In this document: one piece after another, positions 8,434-18,203 of the stretch
How positions within the stretch are numbered: position 1 is the first letter of the stretch
How the letters are laid out: every line of letters begins with the position of its first letter
IMG/VR virus record: IMGVR_UViG_3300049988_000286
Coordinates: 32,001 to 96,000 of that record
Origin: a virus
Taxonomy: Duplodnaviria > Caudoviricetes
Length of the DNA: 64,000 bases
Strand: one strand, 5' to 3'
Program-made: the position numbers and the translations under genes
Notes under the pieces: generated by a model
Database searches by the model: none
What the model was told of the DNA's origin: nothing
The model's input: the letters and a program-made list of their open reading frames with translations, nothing else

Positions 8434-8784
8434 ATGAAGGATAAAGTCTACACCCTGACCGAACTCATTCCGATATCGGTGGTCTGGGTCTTCACCTTCA
8501 TCGACGGCATGGCAGAATTGTTCATAGACCGCGCGCTGCCCTTTCCCTGCTATCCCGCGATCTTCTTCATCATGTGCGTGATCGTCAACGGCGTAGCGGC
8601 AATGAGGTTTTCGGGGAAGGTTGGGCGGTGCTCGCGCGACCCGTTATGCATCAAGGTCGATGATCGCCCCACGGGTGTGGAGGGACATATGATCCACTTC
8701 TTCGACGGCGATGAGCCGATCGCCAAATTCTTTCGGTACCGGGACGATCAGGAGCGGGTCATGCACCGCTTGTCCGAGAACTGA
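8434..8784 (+). CDS. membrane protein with paralog-family-like C-terminus
   Basis: two hydrophobic segments; DDQERVMHRL. Confidence 0.6.
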   Translation: MKDKVYTLTELIPISVVWVFTFIDGMAELFIDRALPFPCYPAIFFIMCVIVNGVAAMRFSGKVGRCSRDPLCIKVDDRPTGVEGHMIHFFDGDEPIAKFFRYRDDQERVMHRLSEN

Positions 8785-8808
8785 AAAGCCCGGAATCGCT
8801 TCCGGGCT
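8784..8808 (-). terminator. intrinsic terminator between convergent genes
   Basis: AGCCCGGAA-TCGC-TTCCGGGCT with an A-tract on the left. Confidence 0.7.
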
Positions 8809-8813
8809 CCTCG

Positions 8814-8999
8814 TTACTTCTTCTTGGCGGTAGACTTCGTGTCGCTGTCCCGATCCTGCATCGACACCCCTGCCTCGCGGTTTTCCTTCAGCCGACCATC
8901 ATGGGCGGCGTCAGTGACCTTGCCTTGACCGTTGTCGTCGTAACGGCGATCGTGCTCGCCATCGATCCGGGTCTGCTCTTGCGCGCGATTGGTCATCAT
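8814..8999 (-). CDS. small hydrophilic protein
   Basis: GGAG SD. Confidence 0.6.
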   Translation of the reverse strand: MMTNRAQEQTRIDGEHDRRYDDNGQGKVTDAAHDGRLKENREAGVSMQDRDSDTKSTAKKK

Positions 9000-9097
9000 A
9001 TCGTCTCCAAGGCCTCATCGGTGAGGCAGGGGAGAAGCGCATCTGCGAGTAAGGTGTTCCCGCCTCGGAGTTGTTTTTACCTTGGGGTAACTTGCGT

Positions 9098-9589
9098 TTA
9101 CTGTGTGAGTTCTACCAAGGGATGATCGAACAACATCTCGTAATCGCCGTCATCGCGCAAATCGTAGAACACACTGGCGTCGATCTCGATGCGGACTAGG
9201 AACCGTGAGAGCGGTGCAATCCCAGTATCGGTGAGGACAAATTCCTCCGACTCTTCGCGACGACGCTCTGGATGGGCACCGTGGTGGTGCGACATGAAGT
9301 CGATCGGCACGAGGCGAAAGCGCTGTCGCAGACGCCGCTGATCGAACACGAACACGACATCCTGTCCCCACGTTCGAGCAAAATCTCGTGAGCGCGACAT
9401 GGAGACGCCGGTGACTTGCTGTCCGCCCGTCGTCTTGTCGCCACCGTGGATCATCAGGTTACGACGGGTCTGTGACGTGCGGGCATCTAGACGATCACTC
9501 TCGATGATCCGCAAAGCACTCATCGCATTGGTGCCGTGATAGAGGTAATCGGGGCGAACGCTGGCTTCGAAGAGATCGGACAGGAGCAT
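9098..9589 (-). CDS. ADP-ribosyltransferase-like late protein
   Basis: YLYHGT...GVSMSRS...ESEE pattern; ATG 4 nt after TAAATA. Confidence 0.5.
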   Translation of the reverse strand: MLLSDLFEASVRPDYLYHGTNAMSALRIIESDRLDARTSQTRRNLMIHGGDKTTGGQQVTGVSMSRSRDFARTWGQDVVFVFDQRRLRQRFRLVPIDFMSHHHGAHPERRREESEEFVLTDTGIAPLSRFLVRIEIDASVFYDLRDDGDYEMLFDHPLVELTQ

Positions 9590-9596
9590 GTCCTAT

Positions 9597-10265
9597 TTAG
9601 GACGCTTTCCGATCCACGGTGTAGAAGAGGTGGGTGGCGAACCGGACGATTGGCTTGATGCCGCGTGCCCACGAGGGGTTCACCGCTCGGGTGTGATAGA
9701 AGAGCGCTCCGCGCGTCGTGTCCTTGATGCGGCCGGTGAGCAGCCCCTTGGCGATCTTCTTGGTTTCCAGCCAGCGATCGTAGTCAAGGCTATCATGGGA
9801 GAGTTGTGCGATGTTACGCATCTGGTTGCGGCCGGGATCGCTCTCGTTCCAGCATGAGAAGGCGTAGGGCTTGAGCAACACGGCCGACAGCGTTGAGCCG
9901 AAATTGCGCGATGATGCCAGCCGGTTCAATGCGACATTTCCCACGGCAGTCATTCCCTTCCGACCCGTCGAGCGTCCCTCGCACCACATCGTAAGACGCA
10001 AGAGGCGCTCCTCCGCCGCAGTGTAGCGCGTCTTGAGCGCCACCACCTTGGCCGCGAGGGGCTTCTTGGCGCGCGGCTTTCTCGGCGTCGTCTCCGGGAT
10101 GATCTGGGTGACCGCCCGGCCCAAATACACCGGCACAGGCTTCTCGCGCGGTGCCGCCTCGGTGCGATACGCCATCACGGCGAGACCCAACATATACACG
10201 GCGACGGCGGCTTCGGATTTGCTCAACAACATACGGCCTCTCAATATATCGAACTGCTTAACCAT
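9597..10265 (-). CDS. SleB-family cell wall hydrolase
   Basis: MWCEGRS...AVGNVALNR...GALFYH...W...HLFY. Confidence 0.85.
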   Translation of the reverse strand: MVKQFDILRGRMLLSKSEAAVAVYMLGLAVMAYRTEAAPREKPVPVYLGRAVTQIIPETTPRKPRAKKPLAAKVVALKTRYTAAEERLLRLTMWCEGRSTGRKGMTAVGNVALNRLASSRNFGSTLSAVLLKPYAFSCWNESDPGRNQMRNIAQLSHDSLDYDRWLETKKIAKGLLTGRIKDTTRGALFYHTRAVNPSWARGIKPIVRFATHLFYTVDRKAS

Positions 10266-10318
10266 AGTTCGTTCGGTATTGCAAGCTGTGGTTGATAAAG
10301 GGTTAACCGTGTAAATAG

Positions 10319-10783
10319 GTGATGGTCTTCGACATCATCATGGGCTGGCTGATCGCCGATGCGTTGAGCGGCCTCCTCCACTACGTCCTCGATCATTTCG
10401 GGACCGCCGATACTAACGCGACAGCGAGCATCAGCGACGGTCCCCAGAAGATCAACCAGAGGAGGGCAACCATCCAAACCGCCAGCCATGTGTTGATGTG
10501 GCGAGCAAGGAAACCCCATTGTGTGAAGGCGAGCGGGCGATCGTGATGCTCACGGGCGAACCGTATCGCTCTCTTTCCCACAATCGGAGTTGGCGGCATG
10601 GTCTCCCCCTCTGTGCATTATTGGGCTCATTGCCCCCGCTACGCGCCCCGGTGGGCACGATGGCTCCAACGCTGGGGCGTCTTCCAATCGCCGCGCGGTC
10701 ACGCCCGTCACCATCGCCCTCCCTACACGGCTCATTACTGCGTGCTCACCGACTGGTTGAATCGATTATTGACCCGAAACTAA
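10319..10783 (+). pseudogene. CarF/TMEM189-family lipid desaturase disrupted by an internal 179-bp inversion (10412-10590)
   Basis: plus strand ADALSGLLHYVLDHFG...; minus strand TPIVG...REHHDRP...; plus strand HYWAH...HARHH...HYC; flipping the middle restores one 154-aa ORF. Confidence 0.85.
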
Positions 10784-10802
10784 CCGGGGTCTACACTCCC
10801 GC

Positions 10803-11456
10803 ATGTTTCTCAAATTCCTCGATCTTTCCCTCGCTAGCCGTGTTTTTGTGGTTGGTGATATCCACGGTGAGTTCACCATTTTGGATGACCGCCTCGCCGA
10901 TCTCAAATTTGATTATGAGCGCGATCGACTGTTGAGCGTCGGCGATCTCGTTGATCGCGGACCCGAGTCGGAACGGGCGATCGAATACGCGGTGCAGCCG
11001 TGGTTCGATCATGTTCGTGGCAACCACGAGGAATTGTGCGAAGGCGCGCTGCGCGGCGACATGTGGCAGATGCATCGCAAGAATGGCGGCATGTGGTTCG
11101 ACCTGTTGAGCGATGACGATCGCCGGGAGCATTCCCGCATCCTTAACAATGCTCCCGTGGCTATCGAGGCGCTACTTCCGAGTGGACGGCGGATTGGCGT
11201 TGTTCACGCCGATATTCCGACCAATGACTGGGACGATATGCGCAACCTCGCGCCCGAGATGGAGCGGAGTTGGACGCGCTGGTGCATGTGGAACCGTGAT
11301 CGTCTCTCGAACCCACCCCTAGATGGTATTCGGAATATCGATCACGTCTACTTCGGCCATACCCCGAAGAAGAGCGTCTATCGGGTAGGCAACACATCGT
11401 GGATCGACACGGGCGCTTTCGCTACAAAGAACTTGACGGTGCTCGAAATCAAATAA
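10803..11456 (+). CDS. Ser/Thr protein phosphatase (PrpA/NinI-like metallophosphoesterase)
   Basis: GDIHG, GDLVDRG, RGNHE, FGHTP, IDTG. Confidence 0.9.
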   Translation: MFLKFLDLSLASRVFVVGDIHGEFTILDDRLADLKFDYERDRLLSVGDLVDRGPESERAIEYAVQPWFDHVRGNHEELCEGALRGDMWQMHRKNGGMWFDLLSDDDRREHSRILNNAPVAIEALLPSGRRIGVVHADIPTNDWDDMRNLAPEMERSWTRWCMWNRDRLSNPPLDGIRNIDHVYFGHTPKKSVYRVGNTSWIDTGAFATKNLTVLEIK

Positions 11457-11805
11457 GGGGATCGAACCACAGGACGCCGGGGTCTTGCCGTCTCGGGGAG
11501 GTGATGGTGACCATGAGGGGCAGGTGGCAGCGAAGGCGTAACAGCCAAGCGCTGCTTTCCTCTGTCTGGAACGCGAAGAGCAACGCGCTGCGCTGTTCAA
11601 AACTGAATAGTGCCTCTCCGCAAAACTCGCGGATGAGTTCCGGAAAAGACGAGGCGTTCCAGATGTGTCGCCCCACCCGTTCCAAATAAGTCTCGTCCTC
11701 GGTCGCCTCATAGATGCGAAGGCTCGCCGCAATCGCCTGATCGGTCGAGATGGCTTCAAGAAAGTCGCGATCACGGGCGAGATCGATCTCTACATCTACC
11801 AGCAT
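11449..11805 (-). CDS. hypothetical late protein
   Basis: ATG 4 nt after TAAATA. Confidence 0.6.
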   Translation of the reverse strand: MLVDVEIDLARDRDFLEAISTDQAIAASLRIYEATEDETYLERVGRHIWNASSFPELIREFCGEALFSFEQRSALLFAFQTEESSAWLLRLRCHLPLMVTITSPRRQDPGVLWFDPLI

Positions 11806-11809
11806 GGAG

Positions 11810-11821
11810 TATTTATAAATA
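11810..11821. promoter_or_regulatory. bidirectional T4-late-like promoter
   Basis: palindrome TATTTATAAATA gives TATAAATA on both strands, each 4 nt from an ATG. Confidence 0.75.
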
Positions 11822-11825
11822 CGGG

Positions 11826-12968
11826 ATGCGCATCGTTGAAATCCGCTCAAATCCTGATCTGAATCCCAAGGTGAGCGTGCTCGACATGCTTCGACCATAC
11901 CGGGATCGCGAAGATGCTTTCGTATCTTTCACAAAAATAGAGAAGCTAGGCATAAACCCAAACAGCGCATTCTCGACGCCCGTGGGCATCTACTGCTATC
12001 CCTTGAAGGAGATGTGGTCGATGTATGTCGAGGATCGCGAGCACACGATTGCCCACGATTCGGACGGTATCGGAAAGCTTGTGCCCTTCGCTGGTCAGCA
12101 GCCGTTCGTCACCCTATTCTCCTGCCCGCCGCAGGAGGGTTTGATCAACGACATCGGCGATGTCACACAAGCTGACTTCGATGCCGCCGTGGAAAAAATC
12201 GTCCCAATCTATTCCGACTGGGTGGATCGCACTATGCCGAACTATCGCCAGACGATGCAGAAGCATAGTGATGAATCGATGGACGAGATGTCGAGAAAGG
12301 CAATCACGGGAATCATCAAGGATGGTATGACCTCCTATGGCGCTAATAACAAGACACCCGGTGGACTGCTCTGGTATCTGACTTGGAAACTCTCTAACTC
12401 AATGAGTGGTATCGAGCGCGACCGAGGACTTGCGCGTAATACCGATAATCGCGTGGCGTTTATCTGGAACGCATTGATGCGTCGCATCGGGATCATTGGC
12501 ATCTGTGATCGTAATGGCAAGGGGGTGATCCACGTCGCCGAACCGATGCAAGCCGTGTTCTTCTCGCTGAAGGGACTGCGCGTCATCGCTCGCTTCAACA
12601 ACAAGCACGTGAGCGATGAGCGCAATGCTCATGCCAAAGCAAGAGGTTTGGTGAATACTCAACGTAAACGTAGTCGCGAAGCGGTGTTGTCTTTTGTCGA
12701 AAACAAGCTTTTTGGCCAGCGAATCGATCTTCCCGCAGACGCGAATGTGGTGATCGAACAAGTCCGTGCGTGGCGAGCCGCCAACGGCTTTCCTTCTCAA
12801 CCGGTTACGCGACATCATCTTGTCAGCGAAATCTGCAAACACCTTCCCGGTGTCGAAACCGATACTCTTCTTGTGATGACTGCTGTCCGAGCGATTGATA
12901 ATATCTTTCATGAGGACACAACCGATGGGCAGTTGTCTATCTGGCACGCTATTATTGAAAACGAGTAA
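11826..12968 (+). CDS. hypothetical late protein
   Basis: long ORF; FVSFT...LGINP...TPVGIYCYPL. Confidence 0.8.
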   Translation: MRIVEIRSNPDLNPKVSVLDMLRPYRDREDAFVSFTKIEKLGINPNSAFSTPVGIYCYPLKEMWSMYVEDREHTIAHDSDGIGKLVPFAGQQPFVTLFSCPPQEGLINDIGDVTQADFDAAVEKIVPIYSDWVDRTMPNYRQTMQKHSDESMDEMSRKAITGIIKDGMTSYGANNKTPGGLLWYLTWKLSNSMSGIERDRGLARNTDNRVAFIWNALMRRIGIIGICDRNGKGVIHVAEPMQAVFFSLKGLRVIARFNNKHVSDERNAHAKARGLVNTQRKRSREAVLSFVENKLFGQRIDLPADANVVIEQVRAWRAANGFPSQPVTRHHLVSEICKHLPGVETDTLLVMTAVRAIDNIFHEDTTDGQLSIWHAIIENE

Positions 12969-12989
12969 ACCCTCCCCTATAACACCCTC

Positions 12990-13175
12990 ATGGCAAAACA
13001 ATTCTGGGTTCGTGGCGGTATCTACCGCGATACTGATTTCTCCGATCTCATCGAGGGCACCGAGGAGTGTTACGGTCCCTTCCCCAGCGAGGAGGAGGCT
13101 GCGGTTGAGTGGAGTGGGCGCGCCCGCGCCAATATCGATATCTGCTGCCACCGGTTGACTATCGAGTCCGAATAA
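12990..13175 (+). CDS. small hypothetical protein
   Basis: ORF. Confidence 0.6.
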   Translation: MAKQFWVRGGIYRDTDFSDLIEGTEECYGPFPSEEEAAVEWSGRARANIDICCHRLTIESE

Positions 13176-13226
13176 AGCTTGACGAACTGCGGCCGTGATG
13201 GCAAGTCGAGGTCAGGAGACCTTGCT

Positions 13227-13733
13227 ATGATCGATCACCGCCGCATTCTGGATCGTGCAGACGCATTGGCGTTGTCGGGAGTCGATGTAGGCCCCGGCAC
13301 ACGCTGGTTCTTCGCACGTGCCGCCGTGACCATGAAGACCAACCCCAGCGAGGGGCGGCGCGAATACGAGGCGTTCCTGCGTGATCAATACGATCTGCGC
13401 GCCATCGAGGCGCTGAAGGATCGGCATCTCGTCACCACAAAGGTCGGCTATGATCTCGCCGGGGTGCTCTTCCGCGTCGCGGGTTTGTCATCGCAGAACC
13501 TCAATGATCTCTGGATGGGCGCGGAAATTTCGGCGTTTGACATCGACAGTCACGAGCAGGAACTGCTCGACCGCGAGTCGGCGCGCTACGCGAACAATTC
13601 CGCCAACACGGCCAAGGATGCGCTGCGAACCTTCCTCAAGGAGCGCAGCGTCCACTACACCAACGACGAGTTCAACACCCTCTTCGAGACGATGCGAGAC
13701 AACATCGCGCGTGGATCGCAGCCCTCGGCATGA
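13227..13733 (+). CDS. hypothetical protein
   Basis: AGGAG SD. Confidence 0.7.
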   Translation: MIDHRRILDRADALALSGVDVGPGTRWFFARAAVTMKTNPSEGRREYEAFLRDQYDLRAIEALKDRHLVTTKVGYDLAGVLFRVAGLSSQNLNDLWMGAEISAFDIDSHEQELLDRESARYANNSANTAKDALRTFLKERSVHYTNDEFNTLFETMRDNIARGSQPSA

Positions 13734-14335
13734 CCGACATCGCTGAACGCCTCGCCGCTGATCTCCTCAAGAACCTCTCCAAGGATGACTTGCTCACCGA
13801 GTTGAACAAACGTGGTGAGGTAGTCGAGGTGGCTACTGGAGGCCCATCGAGTTGGGACTTCGCCGGAAGCGCGGCGATAGGCAGGTGCCTGTCGTGTCGC
13901 TTCTTCACGATGCGGGACTCGTACAAGTCGGGGTCGGGCAATTGCCAAATCAGAGCACCGGGGGCTACCGGCTTCCCGGCGGTGCGCGCTGGCGCTTGGT
14001 GCGGCGAATGGCAGGAGCGTCTCGCCACCCAACCCCGCTACCACGAACCTCCGATCGAGACCGTGGCGAACCATACTGTTGTGCCGTTCATCCTCGCCGC
14101 GTTCGACGGTATCGAGAAGCTGGCTAAACATCGCCTGTCACAATCCACCAATCGCCATGGTGGTGCGCGAGACACCTTGCGCGAAGACGCGGAGCGGATC
14201 ACCTCTCTGTGCAAGGCGGCGCGCCGCTGTGGCCTCTACCCGCACGCATTGGAGGAATTCACTGCCGCGCTGGACGAGCCGATGCCCTTCGAGGTAGCAG
14301 CGACGATGAAGAAGCTGGGAGCGCGTGATGAGTAA
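13730..14335 (+). CDS. hypothetical protein with Cys cluster
   Basis: CLSC...C...WCGEW; coupled. Confidence 0.7.
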   Translation: MTDIAERLAADLLKNLSKDDLLTELNKRGEVVEVATGGPSSWDFAGSAAIGRCLSCRFFTMRDSYKSGSGNCQIRAPGATGFPAVRAGAWCGEWQERLATQPRYHEPPIETVANHTVVPFILAAFDGIEKLAKHRLSQSTNRHGGARDTLREDAERITSLCKAARRCGLYPHALEEFTAALDEPMPFEVAATMKKLGARDE

Positions 14336-14648
14336 GCAGTTGGAGCCACATTTCGTCAAGCTTCGTGTCGGCGACCGGTTCGTCCCCTACGCGACCTCGC
14401 GTATCGGCGACGAGTTCATCCCGGTCAAGTTCGAGCATTGGCACGCAGCTAACGATTTCGCGAACAGTCCTGATATCGTCGGCAACTATCTGGTGGAAAT
14501 CCACCCCTTCTACCCCGAATACGCTGATCTCGAACGTCGATCTCTCGACCGAGACATCGAAGCCTTGCGCGAGGATTTGCGCAAGATCGCGGAGAAGGTC
14601 GAAGAAGAGATCACCGCGCTCAACGCCAAGCGAGACCTCATCCCATGA
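14325..14648 (+). CDS. hypothetical coiled-coil protein
   Basis: coupled ORF. Confidence 0.65.
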   Translation: MMSKQLEPHFVKLRVGDRFVPYATSRIGDEFIPVKFEHWHAANDFANSPDIVGNYLVEIHPFYPEYADLERRSLDRDIEALREDLRKIAEKVEEEITALNAKRDLIP

Positions 14649-14804
14649 TCCGCATCACTGTCTTCATCGCGCTCCTGACAGCGCCGGGTCAACCTGCTAC
14701 TCGGGTGGAGAACCTGCCTCGCGTCCAAGATTGCATCACGGTGGTGCAAGCATGGAAGGCCCAACAGGCGGGGAACAACGGCTCTTGCGCGAAGGTGGAA
14801 CAAT

Positions 14805-15026
14805 ATGTCCGACGCTGATACTCAAGCCCGTGAGATGATCCGCGATGCCGAGCGTTACCGGGCATTGCGGCAGATGATCATCTCGATCAACAAGGTGCCG
14901 AAGAGCGAAACTCCCCTGTATGAGTTTGCGGTCTCTGACACCATCTATCCCCCGGCACAGGACTTTCTGCGCGCCGACGACATGGCGCAACTCGATGAGA
15001 TCGTGGACGCCGCGCTGGCGCGATGA
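14805..15026 (+). CDS. hypothetical protein
   Basis: coupled ORF. Confidence 0.6.
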   Translation: MSDADTQAREMIRDAERYRALRQMIISINKVPKSETPLYEFAVSDTIYPPAQDFLRADDMAQLDEIVDAALAR

Positions 15027-15298
15027 CACCGTATCCCGACCATGACTTCAACGAGCGTGAACGCTGGGAGGAAGGGGAGGCCGAGTTCTGTGACCGGATG
15101 GTAGAGTTGTGCCTCAAAACGGTCACGGAACAGAGCGAGCGATTATCGAAGGAGGCGAGTCGCGGCGGTCCCGGAGCCCTCTACCTGTCCACGATCGCGG
15201 AGCCGGTGCTCCATGCCACGATCCGGGCTCAAGTCTGGGGACAGATGGCGGACCATCTTCGCCGCTCCCGTATCGCAAGGATTGAGAACCCGCGTTGA
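15023..15298 (+). CDS. hypothetical protein
   Basis: coupled ORF. Confidence 0.6.
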   Translation: MTPYPDHDFNERERWEEGEAEFCDRMVELCLKTVTEQSERLSKEASRGGPGALYLSTIAEPVLHATIRAQVWGQMADHLRRSRIARIENPR

Positions 15299-15531
15299 TG
15301 TTGTTGCTCGCCCGCGTGAAGAAGCGACGCACGGTAGCCGCACAGCGGTGGCGCGATGCCGTGGCGCTTTCTCGCGCAGGGGTGAGTCGTAGCGAGGCGG
15401 CAGCGAGGCTCGGGATGACCGATGATGGTCTGAAATCATTACTTCATCGCCAAACCAAATCTTCAAAGTGGCCGATCAAAAACGATTGACCGAACTCTCC
15501 TCGTCAGTTATGCCGATGTTGGAGAAACGAT

Positions 15532-16344
15532 ATGAGCAAGATGTTCCCAACCGCGAGCGAGCGGACGACTCGTCGGGCTGCCCTGTATAAGCGCCTCGAC
15601 GCCTTTCTGGATAATCATGTCCCCAGCGATGGCGGCTACGCGCCCGCGACAGATGAGGATGTTCAGTTCATGCAAGGCGTCTTCGAGGAGATCGCCGATT
15701 TGAAGTTCGGCCGCGATCCGGATGGTGATCAGGTGCTCGGCACCGTGGCGTGGAATCGGCGACGCGGACGGATGGAAACCTTCTTCTTCCCGCACGATCC
15801 CAGCGAGCGAACGCTCGGTCGCGAGCCCACGCCGCTCGATCAGATCACGCACGAGAACCAGATGGCGCGCGCCACTGGGTTCATGGCATCGGTTCTCCAT
15901 CGTCATCTCGACCGGATCAGCATGGAGAGTGATATGCGCCGTGATGCTGCCATGAAGGTGGTCGATGGTGAAACCTTTGTGGAGGCATATCGCGTAACGC
16001 TCGCCCGTGATCCCATCGCTGCCGAGAAGATGCTCGATGACGAGATGGCGAAGCGCACTCCCCTGTTCGACAAACGCGGACCCATCCACAACATGATGCG
16101 CGAGGAATTTGGCGCGGTCATGGTCGAAGAGACTCGCGTCGCCGGGATGGCGATCGATCACGTCCTGTCAATGCTCGCCACGGCTCACGTCACGGATCGC
16201 CAGATCGAGAAGGAGGTAGCAGATACCATCATGCCCGCCTTGGCGCGCTTCGGAAAAGCAACCTTCAAGGATCAGGTAGAGCGCTGGAACTCCCTCTACA
16301 ACGAACGGCGACGCGCCCGGATGCTATTGACTACCGCGTCGTAA
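15532..16344 (+). CDS. hypothetical protein
   Basis: GGAG SD, TTGACC upstream. Confidence 0.75.
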   Translation: MSKMFPTASERTTRRAALYKRLDAFLDNHVPSDGGYAPATDEDVQFMQGVFEEIADLKFGRDPDGDQVLGTVAWNRRRGRMETFFFPHDPSERTLGREPTPLDQITHENQMARATGFMASVLHRHLDRISMESDMRRDAAMKVVDGETFVEAYRVTLARDPIAAEKMLDDEMAKRTPLFDKRGPIHNMMREEFGAVMVEETRVAGMAIDHVLSMLATAHVTDRQIEKEVADTIMPALARFGKATFKDQVERWNSLYNERRRARMLLTTAS

Positions 16345-16380
16345 ACCATTATCGAACTCTGATTATCAAAGGAACACTGT

Positions 16381-16686
16381 ATGGCGACTGCACTCAAGGC
16401 TGTGAAACCAACCGCTATCGCGTCGGCGATCCAGACCATCACCTCGATGCGTGACACGATCGCGGAGGCGCTTCCCAACGCCGAAGTGACTGCCAGCTTG
16501 AACGAGCGCGGCAACTTCACCGTGACGCTGCGCTTCGTGCTCGTCGAGGATCGGGAACTCGCCATGATGAAGATGACCCACGGCCTCGTCGGCGATCTCT
16601 CCTTCGCCGATATCTCGGCTGTTGCTGATCAGAAGAACGCACCCGGCAAGGGGCGGCTGCTCGTCAACGCTTCGGTGCTCGGGTGA
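16381..16686 (+). CDS. hypothetical protein
   Basis: AAGGA SD. Confidence 0.7.
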   Translation: MATALKAVKPTAIASAIQTITSMRDTIAEALPNAEVTASLNERGNFTVTLRFVLVEDRELAMMKMTHGLVGDLSFADISAVADQKNAPGKGRLLVNASVLG

Positions 16687-17102
16687 GCGAACCGTTCGAG
16701 ATCATCAACGAAACCGCCTCCATGATGGAAGGTCTCCGGAACGGAGAACCGATCACCAAGGAGGCGGCAGGGGTGTTGCTGGACAAAATCGCGACGCTTC
16801 GCAGCTACACCTTCAAGGCTGTCCGTATGGACTTCTACAACGAACTCCGTGATGCCGCCGACGTGGGCTTCGTCAAGCTAGTCGAAGTCCGCGATGGCCT
16901 CAATCAACTCCATGCCGACCTCCAGCAATACCCGGAGCGGGATAGTCGCAAGATCGAGAAAGCCAGTTTCGCGGCGGTACTCGGTGACGACATTGAGTTG
17001 TCGCGTGACGACATCGCGATGCTCAAGCGGCGGTATGACGATCGTATCGAGCGTCTGGCACTCGCTCTCAATGAGGGGCTGCATAAACCGCGTTACTCCT
17101 GA
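16683..17102 (+). CDS. hypothetical protein
   Basis: coupled ORF. Confidence 0.7.
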   Translation: MSEPFEIINETASMMEGLRNGEPITKEAAGVLLDKIATLRSYTFKAVRMDFYNELRDAADVGFVKLVEVRDGLNQLHADLQQYPERDSRKIEKASFAAVLGDDIELSRDDIAMLKRRYDDRIERLALALNEGLHKPRYS

Positions 17103-18130
17103 ACCGGCCGGAAGGCATTGTCGTGGAGGTTGGCGAACCGTTCCGGTCCGAGGGCAGCCTTAGTGGCCGTGAGTGTGTCGGGATGCATCCAGTCCCGTGA
17201 CGCCACAGCGATCTTGAGCGCGCAATCGTCGGTGGTCCATAGGCGATGGAACAACCCCTGTTCGGTGGCGGGGGTGCTGCCGACGATCAGATAAGGCGGT
17301 GTGATCATGATGCTGCTACCGGCATGGTAATGGCTTGATCGACCAGCGCTGCGTTCGATCATGTCATCGTGATCAAATGGCGCGATGACTTCCTTGCGCG
17401 TCACCGCATGGATGTAAGCCAATAGTCGGCTCTCAATCGAGAACGGGATGTGGGCGGCATTGTCGATCAGGATGTAGTCGTAATACTCGCCCACGAAGGC
17501 GGCATTGGACAACGCCTCGAAGGTCATGACCTTCACCGACGCATCGTCAATCTCCTTGGCGAGGTGAGTGACGAGGCGGTAATTGCTCGTCACCAGCAAG
17601 ACGTGTTTGCCCTGTGCGGCACGCTCGCGCGCGAACGCTATCATGAATGTCGTGAGACCAGCGCCGCGCGACGAATTGATCACCACATCGTTGCTACGCG
17701 CCGCCTCGGCGATCTTGATCCACAGCGGGCGCAGATGATCGTCTTCGGTCAGGCGGGGGCCGGTGATGCGGTAGCGCTCAACGAGGAAGTCTGACGGGTT
17801 GAAGCCATCAGAGAAAACCGGTGTCACTGCGCCTTCGAGCGCCTCTGGGACGATCGCTGCCGCCATATCGCGAAGCTGCTCCTCAAGGTGCACATGAACG
17901 CTCTCATCGGGGACGATGCCCGCAAGATTGGCGATCTCCTCCACCTCTTCGGAATGCTCTGGCAATTCAATGTCGCTGACCGGCGTGAGGGCAGTGGTGG
18001 TATTGGCGCGCGTTGCGACAGAATCACCGAGGAGGTAAGCCTCGACGATCGCGGCCTTGGCCATCATATCTTCGAAATTATAGGCAAAACCGCGCGCAGC
18101 CTCGATGGCTTGTAGGCGTGTATCAATCAT
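17093..18130 (-). CDS. degenerate terminase large-subunit ATPase-like protein
   Basis: SRGAGLTT (Walker A-like, no Lys), YILIDNAAHI (Walker B-like), GSTP...FHRLW, LGPERF. Confidence 0.5.
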   Translation of the reverse strand: MIDTRLQAIEAARGFAYNFEDMMAKAAIVEAYLLGDSVATRANTTTALTPVSDIELPEHSEEVEEIANLAGIVPDESVHVHLEEQLRDMAAAIVPEALEGAVTPVFSDGFNPSDFLVERYRITGPRLTEDDHLRPLWIKIAEAARSNDVVINSSRGAGLTTFMIAFARERAAQGKHVLLVTSNYRLVTHLAKEIDDASVKVMTFEALSNAAFVGEYYDYILIDNAAHIPFSIESRLLAYIHAVTRKEVIAPFDHDDMIERSAGRSSHYHAGSSIMITPPYLIVGSTPATEQGLFHRLWTTDDCALKIAVASRDWMHPDTLTATKAALGPERFANLHDNAFRPVQE

Positions 18131-18203
18131 GTTATTCTCCAATTCATTTCTGTATGGTAGTGAGATCGTTTCCGTCTCCCTTTATTTAGTTAAGTGAGCA
18201 TTT

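Noticed and set aside
10258-10265. TTAACCAT CtrA-like half-site at the SleB start
   Set aside because: It is the reverse complement of the first codons (ATG GTT AA); single half-site
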